DNA from: Acidimicrobiia bacterium
GTDB taxonomy: Bacteria > Actinomycetota > Acidimicrobiia > Spongiisociales > SHLN01
NCBI GenBank assembly: GCA_013002865.1
Contig: JABDLU010000202.1
Span: 1,062-65,061, forward strand
Direction: 5' to 3'
DNA length: 64,000 nt
In this document: one piece after another, positions 28,868-36,528 of the stretch
Position numbering within the stretch: position 1 is the first letter of the stretch
Layout: every line of letters begins with the position of its first letter
Notes under the pieces: model-generated
Databases searched by the model: none
Told to the model about the DNA's origin: nothing
Seen by the model: the letters and a program-made list of their open reading frames with translations, nothing else
Program-made: the position numbers and the translations under genes

Positions 28868-28951
28868 TGTCAGCCCCCCGGAGCGCTGGCGCCACAATGG
28901 AAGCGGGCGGAGTAAGGGGCCTTCCATATGGCATCCGGGGGGCTGACAATG
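28865..28951 (-). ncRNA. Long hairpin in the mraZ-rsmH leader (mraW RNA motif-like)
   Basis: Perfect 18-bp inverted repeat CATTGTCAGCCCCCCGGA (28865-28882) / TCCGGGGGGCTGACAATG (28934-28951) with an inner atggaag/cttccat stem and a C/U-rich loop. Confidence 0.7.
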
Positions 28952-28977
28952 AACCCTGCTCTACATCGGTCCTTTCA

Positions 28978-29409
28978 TTAGATTCCGTGCTCGCTGAGCG
29001 CTTCTTCGATGTCGGCGTATTCGACGTCTCCGGCGGCTGTGACTTCCTGCCATTTGGCGGAGTCCCAAATCTCGACTCGCTCACCAACGCCGACGACGGT
29101 GACTTCTTTGTCGAGCCCGGCATAGTCCCGGAGGGTGGCCGGGAGCTGGATCCGTCCCTGCTTGTCCGGCTTCTGGTCGATTGCCCCGGCGAAGAAGACC
29201 CGGGAGTAGTTGCGGAGCTTTCGGTCCGTTCGAGGTAGAGAACGAATTCGCTCGACTTCCTGTTCCCACGCTTCCGGGGTGAACACGAACAAGCAGCGAT
29301 CCTGACCCTTGGTGATGAAGCAGCCTTTGGCGAGGTCGGGTCGAAACCGACTCGGGAGCACGACGCGACCCTTCGGGTCGATGCTGTGTGTGTGCTCTCC
29401 CAGAAACAC
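28978..29409 (-). CDS. mraZ: Division/cell wall cluster repressor MraZ
   Basis: MFLGEHTHSIDPKGRV, DKQGRI, GVGERVEIW. Confidence 0.97.
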   Translation of the reverse strand: MFLGEHTHSIDPKGRVVLPSRFRPDLAKGCFITKGQDRCLFVFTPEAWEQEVERIRSLPRTDRKLRNYSRVFFAGAIDQKPDKQGRIQLPATLRDYAGLDKEVTVVGVGERVEIWDSAKWQEVTAAGDVEYADIEEALSEHGI

Positions 29410-29465
29410 GATTCCATCCTGTCTGCCTGTCCTCGGTGAGCCTCAGCGGCTCGTGGCTTGGTCCT

Positions 29466-29520
29466 CCACTTCGCGCCACTATGGTCCCTTTCGACCCACA
29501 TGTCAAACACCTCGCGCCAC
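29466..29520 (-). promoter_or_regulatory. dcw promoter with MraZ GTGG boxes
   Basis: TTGACA (29506-29501), 17-nt spacer, CATAGT (29483-29478); GTGG repeats at 29466, 29476, 29496 and 29517 (about 10-nt period). Confidence 0.8.
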
Positions 29521-29531
29521 TTTTCTTTGGA

Positions 29532-29559
29532 GGTCAACGGTCGACGGTCGACGGTCAAC
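29532..29559. repeat. Heptamer tandem repeat GGTC(A/G)AC x4
   Basis: ggtcaac ggtcgac ggtcgac ggtcaac. Confidence 0.85.
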
Positions 29560-29680
29560 GGCCAGAACGGGACCAACCCGGTCGGAGCGGAACGGCAGCG
29601 CGCTCAATCACCGATAGGGAGACGGGCTTCCACGGGCGGGTGACCACCGGCCGGCGAAGGGGGACGGGGGACGGGCTGAG

Positions 29681-30112
29681 CTAGGTCGCTTCGCGGCGTT
29701 TGAGCTCGGTGCGGAGGGCGTCGTCTGAGTACTCCATCAGCTCGGGGCCCCACTCCCGGGCGGCGAGCGGAAGCGGGGCGTCGGCCTCGAGCAGTTCGAC
29801 GATCTCGTCGCGCAACGTCCGCGCCCAGGCCCGCCCGCTGGCCGACGCTCGCAGGCTGAGCGATCCGTCGGTGCTCACGAGGTAGGCACGGGCCTCCATT
29901 TGCGGGTTGGCCTTCGACCCGCGTTCTCCGTAGACGAGCAGCACGCATGGTGCGCCGACATCCTGGATGCCGCCGGTCGACACGAACTCGCCGTGGTATG
30001 CCCAACCGGTCGCCTTGTCTGTGTCGACATGCTCGACGACCTTCGCCCAATTCTTGCGGCGCTCGTCCCCGATCAGGGGCACGTCCACCGCCACCGTCAC
30101 AACCGCTTCCAT
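29681..30112 (-). CDS. Hypothetical protein (143 aa)
   Basis: Globular-looking composition, TACAGT -10 upstream; no family recognised. Confidence 0.75.
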   Translation of the reverse strand: MEAVVTVAVDVPLIGDERRKNWAKVVEHVDTDKATGWAYHGEFVSTGGIQDVGAPCVLLVYGERGSKANPQMEARAYLVSTDGSLSLRASASGRAWARTLRDEIVELLEADAPLPLAAREWGPELMEYSDDALRTELKRREAT

Positions 30113-30186
30113 GACACCAGACTGTACGTCGATCGAGGCGCCAGTTCGAGTTTGTTACACCTGCCCATACGCGGTTGTATGGAATC

Positions 30187-30915
30187 GTGACTGCCTGGGA
30201 TCCCGCCCACTACGAACAGTTCGAACGGGAGCGAGCTCAGCCCGGGCACGATCTCATGGCTCGCATCGACCTGACCGCTCCGCACCGGATAGTCGACCTC
30301 GGGTGCGGGACGGGACGACTCACCGGCCTTCTCGCCGACCGATACCCCACAGCCGATGTGCTCGGCATCGACCGCTCCTCCGAGATGCTGTCGGAAGCGG
30401 CAGGCCGCGTCCGCTACCGGCAGGCCGACATCGTCGAGTGGGAGCCTGATGGGCCCCTCGACCTCATCTACGCGAACGCCAGCCTGCAGTGGATCCCCGA
30501 TCACCCCCGGCTGTTCCCCCGCCTCCATCAGATGCTGGCCGCCGGCGGTGTGCTCGCCGTGCAGATGCCGCTGTCGTGGGACCAGCCGTCGCATCGGATC
30601 ATGCGCCGGGTCGGCGAGGAGTTCGGCGTCGACCCACAGGCTCCCCCCACACTCGAACCGACCGCCTACTACCAACTGCTCGGGGAGGCCGAAATCTGGG
30701 TCACCACCTATTACCACCGGCTGTCGGGCCCCAACCCGGTGTTCCGCTGGGTGTCGGCGACGGGAATGAAGCGCTTCCTGGGCCAGATCCCCTATGACGG
30801 CCACGACGAGTTCCGGGCCCGCTGTGCCCGGCTCATCGAGGAGGCCTACCCGGCCGGCCCAGACGGTGCGACGGTGTTCCCCTTCCGCCGCCTCTTCATC
30901 ATCGACCGGGCCTAG
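30187..30915 (+). CDS. tam: Trans-aconitate 2-methyltransferase-like SAM methyltransferase
   Basis: WDPAHY...ERAQP, VDLGCGTG, NASLQW, FPFRRLF. Confidence 0.88.
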   Translation: MTAWDPAHYEQFERERAQPGHDLMARIDLTAPHRIVDLGCGTGRLTGLLADRYPTADVLGIDRSSEMLSEAAGRVRYRQADIVEWEPDGPLDLIYANASLQWIPDHPRLFPRLHQMLAAGGVLAVQMPLSWDQPSHRIMRRVGEEFGVDPQAPPTLEPTAYYQLLGEAEIWVTTYYHRLSGPNPVFRWVSATGMKRFLGQIPYDGHDEFRARCARLIEEAYPAGPDGATVFPFRRLFIIDRA

Positions 30916-30925
30916 TCTCCCCCGC

Positions 30926-31618
30926 ATGCTCACCGACCGATCGATCCTCGTCACGGGCGCCTCATCCGGCATCGGCCGGGAGATGGTTCGTACCTACGTC
31001 GGGTTGGGCGCCCGGGTGCTCGGCACGGCCCGGCGCGAAGCGGCCCTCGTAGAGACCATCGAGGGGCTCGACCCCGAGCGGGCGATGATCGTCCCCGCCG
31101 ACCTGGGCAGCCGCACGGGTCGGGAAATCCTCGTCACCGAGGCGCTGCGCATCGCCCCTATCGACGTTGTCGTCCACGCCGCCGGCGTGCTGGGGCCGCG
31201 GGCACCGCTCGCCGAGTATCCCGAGCAGGCCTGGCACGAGACGTTCCACATCAACATGACCGCCATCCATCTGCTCCATCAAGAGCTCGTGAACTGTCTG
31301 GCCCCGGCGGCCACCATTATCGGAGTCTCCAGCTCGGTAGGGCGCACCGGCCGGGGCGGCTGGGGCATGTACGCCGTTTCCAAGGCGGCTCTGGAAGGCT
31401 GGCTCGAGGTGCTGGCCGACGAGTGGCCGGGCCCGGTGTTCTCGGTCAATCCCGGCGGCACCGCCACCCCGATGCGAGCCGAGGCCCTGCCGGAGGAGGA
31501 TCCGTCGACCATCCCCTCACCTGCCGACATCATGCCGATCTTCGTCCGGCTCGCTGCAGCAGACCCCGGATACCCCACCGGCGAGAAGCTCAACGCTCGC
31601 GACTTCATCGACCGGTAG
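30926..31618 (+). CDS. SDR family oxidoreductase (YciK-like)
   Basis: TGASSGIG, SSSVG, YAVSK, NPGGTATPMR. Confidence 0.9.
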   Translation: MLTDRSILVTGASSGIGREMVRTYVGLGARVLGTARREAALVETIEGLDPERAMIVPADLGSRTGREILVTEALRIAPIDVVVHAAGVLGPRAPLAEYPEQAWHETFHINMTAIHLLHQELVNCLAPAATIIGVSSSVGRTGRGGWGMYAVSKAALEGWLEVLADEWPGPVFSVNPGGTATPMRAEALPEEDPSTIPSPADIMPIFVRLAAADPGYPTGEKLNARDFIDR

Positions 31619-31643
31619 GCTGACGAAACCGAAAGGGGATGAC

Positions 31644-32153
31644 GTGAACATTGTCGTATCCACCGACGGGTCGCTCGATCCGGCCGATACCACCGCCTTC
31701 GTCAAGCCGTACGCAAACGGCGCCGACGTGACCGTGCTGACCGTGGTTGAGATCCCGCGACGGCTGCTGGCCGACCTGCGGGCGGTCTACGGGGAGCGAT
31801 CGGGCTCTGTCGACAGCGACGGCGAGTACGTGGGGATGTCCCCGACTCCCCCGGGGGTGTCACTCGACTTCCCCGGTGACGATGCGTTCATCGAGCTCTA
31901 TTTGAACAACCAGCTGGAGGAGCGGACCGGCCCACTCGTCGCCGCCCTGCAAGAAGCCGGCGTCACCGTCGAGGTCGAGATCCTCGAGGGCGAGAACGGG
32001 GCGCAGCTGATTCTGGATTACCTGCGAGCCAAGAAGACCGACCTGATCGTGCTCGGCACCAAGGGGCGGGGGCTGTTCGAGGGCATGCTCGGCTCGACCG
32101 GGACCAAGGTCGCCCGCCACGCGCCGTGTTCGGTACTGCTCATCCGGGTGTGA
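31644..32153 (+). CDS. Universal stress protein
   Basis: [19 protein letters not shown]...LGSTG...PCSVLLI. Confidence 0.88.
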   Translation: MNIVVSTDGSLDPADTTAFVKPYANGADVTVLTVVEIPRRLLADLRAVYGERSGSVDSDGEYVGMSPTPPGVSLDFPGDDAFIELYLNNQLEERTGPLVAALQEAGVTVEVEILEGENGAQLILDYLRAKKTDLIVLGTKGRGLFEGMLGSTGTKVARHAPCSVLLIRV

Positions 32154-32187
32154 CCGCCCGATAGACCCCGGGACTAACCTTGCCCGC

Positions 32188-32685
32188 ATGCGGGCGCTGA
32201 TCCTGAACGCCACCTACGAGCCGCTCTCGATCGTGTCCGCGCGCCGTGCGGTCATCCTCGTCCTCCGTCAGAAAGCCATCGTCCTGGAAGAGAGCGGCAC
32301 GGTGTGGCGTTCTGAGCGCTCCAGTGTTGCCCTCCCCTCGGTCATCCGGCTCAACACGTACGTCAAGGTCCCGTATGCCCGGCGCATCGCCCTCAACCGG
32401 CGAGCCGTGTTTGCTCGCGACCGCCACTCCTGCCAGTACTGCGGCACCGGCGCTGAGAACCTCGACCACGTCCTCCCCCGCTCCCGGGGCGGCGCCCATA
32501 CCTGGGAAAACGTGGTGGCCGCCTGCCGGCGCTGCAACCTGCGTAAAGGCAACCGAACCCCCGCCGAGGCCGGCATGCCCCTGCGTTCTGAACCGACCGC
32601 ACCGCGTCGCCACGGCTGGGTGCTGGTCAATCTCGGCGCACCCCCCCACCCCAGTTGGCAGCCCTATCTGGCGGGAGCGTTCTGA
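32188..32685 (+). CDS. HNH endonuclease (McrA-like)
   Basis: [14 protein letters not shown]...[29 protein letters not shown]. Confidence 0.93.
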   Translation: MRALILNATYEPLSIVSARRAVILVLRQKAIVLEESGTVWRSERSSVALPSVIRLNTYVKVPYARRIALNRRAVFARDRHSCQYCGTGAENLDHVLPRSRGGAHTWENVVAACRRCNLRKGNRTPAEAGMPLRSEPTAPRRHGWVLVNLGAPPHPSWQPYLAGAF

Positions 32686-32759
32686 CGCCGGCGGATTGAG
32701 AACCACTCTGGGTCGTACCTCTGATACGCTACGTGACGCTGGCGCGACACCGAGGGTTC

Positions 32760-33251
32760 ATGCGAGTTGTTGGATATGTTCGAGAGCTGTTCGGTCCTGA
32801 GGATGCGGACCCTGCCTTCGTGCAGGGAGAGGCCATCCGGGGCTGGGTGCGCCGGACGGGGCACAATCTGATCTCAGTCTGCCAAGACGTCCGGCAGGAA
32901 GGCCATGGCCTGGCCCGCGACGGTTTCCAGGCGTTGCTCGGGATCGTGGCCCTCGACGGCGCCGACGGGGTCGTTGTGCCCAGCCTCCGCTCGCTCTCGC
33001 CCGATTTGATGACCCAGGAGATCATGATCTGGGACCTGCGCCGCCGCGGCGTGGCCGTCATGTCGATCGACGAACGCGATCACGAGCTGCTGCTCACCCC
33101 GACCAAAGAGCGCCTGCTGATGCGGGACGTGCTGGCCCGGCTCGAGGAGTACTACCAGTGGGCGCGGCCCGCCGAGGCCGATGAAGCAGACGATGAGGAC
33201 CGGGGTGACGGCGAGGTGGTCGTCGAGCTGATCCCGGCGAGCGACGCCTAG
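32760..33251 (+). CDS. Serine recombinase (resolvase) catalytic-fold protein with degenerate active site
   Basis: MRVVGYVRE, RDGFQALL, DGVVVPSLRSLSPD, RRGVAVMSIDE match the resolvase N-terminal pattern; no YxRVS serine. Confidence 0.7.
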   Translation: MRVVGYVRELFGPEDADPAFVQGEAIRGWVRRTGHNLISVCQDVRQEGHGLARDGFQALLGIVALDGADGVVVPSLRSLSPDLMTQEIMIWDLRRRGVAVMSIDERDHELLLTPTKERLLMRDVLARLEEYYQWARPAEADEADDEDRGDGEVVVELIPASDA

Positions 33252-34073
33252 CTAGCGGGCCTGGCTCAGAGCGGCCCAGGCGGCTCGGGCCAGCGCGAAT
33301 GCCTTCTCAGCACCGATCAGCGCCGACCCGACGTGGAAGCTCCCGTCGTGGCGCTGCAAAAGCACCGTGACCATGTTGTGGTCACCCAGCTCATGCTCCT
33401 CGACGGCCAGCAGCACCGGCGGAGGTTGATCTCCCGACATCTCCCCGACGGCGGCAACCACTGCCTCGCGCACACCGGCGTCACTGGGCCGCCCCCGCCG
33501 GGTGACCGTTCGCCCGTCGTCGGTGTCCACCGTGACGGCAACGCCGTCCCGATCCTCCTGAACCCGCACCCGGGCGAGGAGGCCCCGGCCCGGCGGGGTC
33601 GCCGGTCGCTCCGCCGGCTCGGCAGGCTCCTCGGGCCGGACGACCGGCTCGGGCGCCCGGATGAACTGTTCGATGCCCTCTGGAGCCGTAGCCGGCGCAG
33701 GCGCGGCCGCCGCCCCGGCGGGGTGTTCCTCCAGGTCGTCGTCGGGCGCTTCGGCGGCCTCTGCGTCGGCGTCCTCGTCGGCCATCCCAGGAATGAGGGT
33801 CGTTTGCAGCAGCCCGGGTCCGCGCAGGATGGTCGCTTCCACCGGCGGCGGCGGCGGTCCGGCCGGTTCGATCCTGGCCTGCGGGGGTGCCATCCGGCCT
33901 TTCAGGCCATAGTGGGCCAGCACATCGCGCACTGCGGCGGCGACGTCGGTCGGGTCGGCCTCAGCCGACAGCCGGACCCGCACACCCTCAGCGGTGTCGG
34001 AGGCCAGCTCGGCGTCGGCCACTCCGGGCAGATCACGGAGTGCCGCGGTGAGATCCTCGGCTTCCCGGTTCAT
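33252..34073 (-). CDS. Hypothetical two-domain protein with Pro/Glu-rich linker
   Basis: ATG overlaps the upstream stop (ATGA); small N-terminal domain, low-complexity linker, beta-rich C-terminal domain ending ALARAAWAAL. Confidence 0.72.
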   Translation of the reverse strand: MNREAEDLTAALRDLPGVADAELASDTAEGVRVRLSAEADPTDVAAAVRDVLAHYGLKGRMAPPQARIEPAGPPPPPVEATILRGPGLLQTTLIPGMADEDADAEAAEAPDDDLEEHPAGAAAAPAPATAPEGIEQFIRAPEPVVRPEEPAEPAERPATPPGRGLLARVRVQEDRDGVAVTVDTDDGRTVTRRGRPSDAGVREAVVAAVGEMSGDQPPPVLLAVEEHELGDHNMVTVLLQRHDGSFHVGSALIGAEKAFALARAAWAALSQAR

Positions 34074-34306
34074 CGCTGGTCCCGCCGCCACTCGAGAAAG
34101 CGGATCACGTCGTCGGGCTCCGGAGCGCGATCGGCCGTGCCGTAGGCAGTTTGCAGGCGCCAGCGCAGGTAGGCGCGGCGGGGAAGCGGCAGGAACGGGG
34201 CGCGTTTCCACCAGCCGGAGGGAGTGAAGGCTGCCCAGGAGCGCAGCGCTTCAGACCACAGTGGAGGGTGGCGGAGGATCACCCGCATGATGGAGGGCGC
34301 GAACAT
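34070..34306 (-). CDS. Hypothetical small Trp/Arg-rich protein (78 aa)
   Basis: GWWKRAPFLPLP..YLRWRLQTAYG; divergent from moxR. Confidence 0.72.
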   Translation of the reverse strand: MFAPSIMRVILRHPPLWSEALRSWAAFTPSGWWKRAPFLPLPRRAYLRWRLQTAYGTADRAPEPDDVIRFLEWRRDQR

Positions 34307-34375
34307 CGGGTCCCTGACTCTAATCTTCGAACCCTTGATAGGCTGGTCATCTCATTCGCGGCGAGGAGACATCCA

Positions 34376-35353
34376 TTGACAGCTGAGCCAATTGCGTCGA
34401 GCTCGTCCTGGTTCACCGAGCGCTTTGATGCCATCGTCGCCAACATCGAGCGGGTGATTCAGGGCAAGCACGACGAGATCCGGCTGGTTGTCCAAACCCT
34501 CATCGCCGGCGGGCACGCCCTGGTGGAAGACGTGCCGGGAGTCGGCAAGACGCTGCTCGCCAAATCGCTGGCCCGCTCGATCGACTGCTCCTTTCACCGC
34601 ATTCAGTTCACCCCCGACCTGCTCCCCTCCGACCTGACCGGGGTCTCGGTGTGGGACCGCGAGCGCGGCAAGTTCGTCTTTCGGCGGGGCCCGGTGTTCT
34701 CCAACATCGTGCTCGGCGACGAGATCAACCGGGCCAGCCCCAAGACCCAAGCCGCCCTGCTCGAGGCGATGGAAGAGCGCCAGGTCACGGTTGACGGGAT
34801 CACCCGGCCGCTGGAAGCCCCCTTCATGGTCATCGCCACTCAGAATCCGATCGAGCACGAAGGCACCTATCCCCTCCCCGAAGCGCAGCTGGACCGGTTC
34901 ATGACCCGGGTGACGCTCGGCTACCCGAACCGGGCCAAGGAGCTCGAAATGCTCGATGCCCACGGCGACCACTCGGTGTACGAGGACATCTCCCCGGTCG
35001 TATCGGGCGAGGAAGTCGTCGAGATGGTTCGCCAGGCCTCCCAGGTGCACGTCGCCCCGGAGCTCAAGGGCTATTTAGTCGATCTCGCCGAGGCCACCCG
35101 CAGCGATCCCGATTTGCTGCTCGGAGCCTCCCCCCGCGCCACGCTCTACTTGCAGCGGGCCGCCCGGGTGCGGGCGGCTGCCACCGGGCGCGCGTACTCC
35201 ACGCCGGACGATGTCAAGGCCCTGCTGATCCCCACGCTGAGCCACCGGGTCATCCTGCGACCCGAGGCGCAGATGCGGGCGGCCTCAGTCCGCGATGTGC
35301 TGGCCCGCATCACCTCGACGGTGCCGGTTCCGGGGACCGCCGACATTCGATGA
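34376..35353 (+). CDS. moxR: MoxR family AAA+ ATPase
   Basis: TTG start after GAGGAG; EDVPGVGKT, RIQFTPDLLPSD, DEINR, ATQNPIE, LPEAQLDRF. Confidence 0.95.
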   Translation: MTAEPIASSSSWFTERFDAIVANIERVIQGKHDEIRLVVQTLIAGGHALVEDVPGVGKTLLAKSLARSIDCSFHRIQFTPDLLPSDLTGVSVWDRERGKFVFRRGPVFSNIVLGDEINRASPKTQAALLEAMEERQVTVDGITRPLEAPFMVIATQNPIEHEGTYPLPEAQLDRFMTRVTLGYPNRAKELEMLDAHGDHSVYEDISPVVSGEEVVEMVRQASQVHVAPELKGYLVDLAEATRSDPDLLLGASPRATLYLQRAARVRAAATGRAYSTPDDVKALLIPTLSHRVILRPEAQMRAASVRDVLARITSTVPVPGTADIR

Positions 35354-36528
35354 TCACCACGCGCGGGTGGGCGGCCATCGGCGCCGCCGCCGCGCTCGTC
35401 CTGTTGTGGATGGGCTTCGGCGAGCCAGAGCTGCTCGCCGGCGGGATCTTCCTGCTGTCGTCTGTGCTGATCGGCGCCCTCATCGTTCGCCGCTCCCGAC
35501 CCGACGCCGATCTGACCCGGTTCATCACCCCGCTCAGAGTGCACGAAGGTGACCGGGCCCGGGTGGAGATCCGGCTGTTCGCCCGCCGGCCGCTGCGCCC
35601 ACTCATCATCGAAGACGAGGTCTCCCGCCTGGGCCGGGCCCGATTCGCCACGGCCCGGGCCGGTCGCAACTCCTCGGTCACGGCCCACTATGAGATCGTG
35701 TGCCGGCCTCGCGGGGTCTACCAGATAGGGCCGGCCGAGCTGGTGATCTCCGATCCGTTCGACCTGGCAGCGGTGCGCAGCACGGCCGGGGGGATCGACC
35801 GGCTAGTCGTTTACCCATCCATTGAGGAGCTCGACGGGTTCCCGGCCACCCGCGGCCACGACCCGTCGGTGCAGTCGGCTCACCCGTCTCACGCCCCGAG
35901 CGGCGGCGACGACTTCTTCACCCTGCGGGAGTACCGGCTCGGCGACGATCTGCGCCGGGTGCACTGGCCGTCCTCCGCCAAGCGCGACGAGCTGATGATC
36001 CGGCAACTGGAGATCCCGTGGCAGTCCCGGGCACTGGTGCTGATGGATTCCCGGGCGTCGGCGCACACCCCGGACAGCTTCGAGCACGCCGTGCGAGGGG
36101 CTGCCTCAGTGCTGCACCACTTCTACCGGGGTGGCTATCTCCCCCAGCTCTGGATCGGCGATACCGCCCGGCCAAGCGCCCCGGCCCCGTATGAGATCGC
36201 CATGGAGAAGCTGGCAGCCGTCCAGCCGATGGAGGGGCTCGATCTGCGCCATGCCGTGCTCCGCATGCGACAGCACGGGTATTCCGGTGGAGCCCTCGTG
36301 ATGATCACCGGCCGGCTCGATGAGGACAACCTTGCCGTCTTCCAGACACTCGGGCGCGACTACAGCCGGACCGTGCTTATGGTGGTGGCCGATGAGGATC
36401 CCGAGTTCCTGGCCCCGTTCAAACTGGGTGGAGCGGCAGCCGTGCAGGTCGGCGCCGGGGACCGGTGGTCGAAAGCGTGGACGGAAGCGATAGGAGCCGG
36501 TCGATGGTCTACCGCCTCACCTGGGTAG
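35350..36528 (+). CDS. DUF58 domain protein
   Basis: N-terminal TM helices; LREYRLGDDLRRVHWPSSAK. Confidence 0.92.
   Translation: MITTRGWAAIGAAAALVLLWMGFGEPELLAGGIFLLSSVLIGALIVRRSRPDADLTRFITPLRVHEGDRARVEIRLFARRPLRPLIIEDEVSRLGRARFATARAGRNSSVTAHYEIVCRPRGVYQIGPAELVISDPFDLAAVRSTAGGIDRLVVYPSIEELDGFPATRGHDPSVQSAHPSHAPSGGDDFFTLREYRLGDDLRRVHWPSSAKRDELMIRQLEIPWQSRALVLMDSRASAHTPDSFEHAVRGAASVLHHFYRGGYLPQLWIGDTARPSAPAPYEIAMEKLAAVQPMEGLDLRHAVLRMRQHGYSGGALVMITGRLDEDNLAVFQTLGRDYSRTVLMVVADEDPEFLAPFKLGGAAAVQVGAGDRWSKAWTEAIGAGRWSTASPG

Noticed and set aside
32188..33251. HNH plus resolvase as an IS607- or IscB-like transposon
   Set aside because: No RuvC motifs, no HTH, no catalytic serine, no element ends and no space for a guide RNA.
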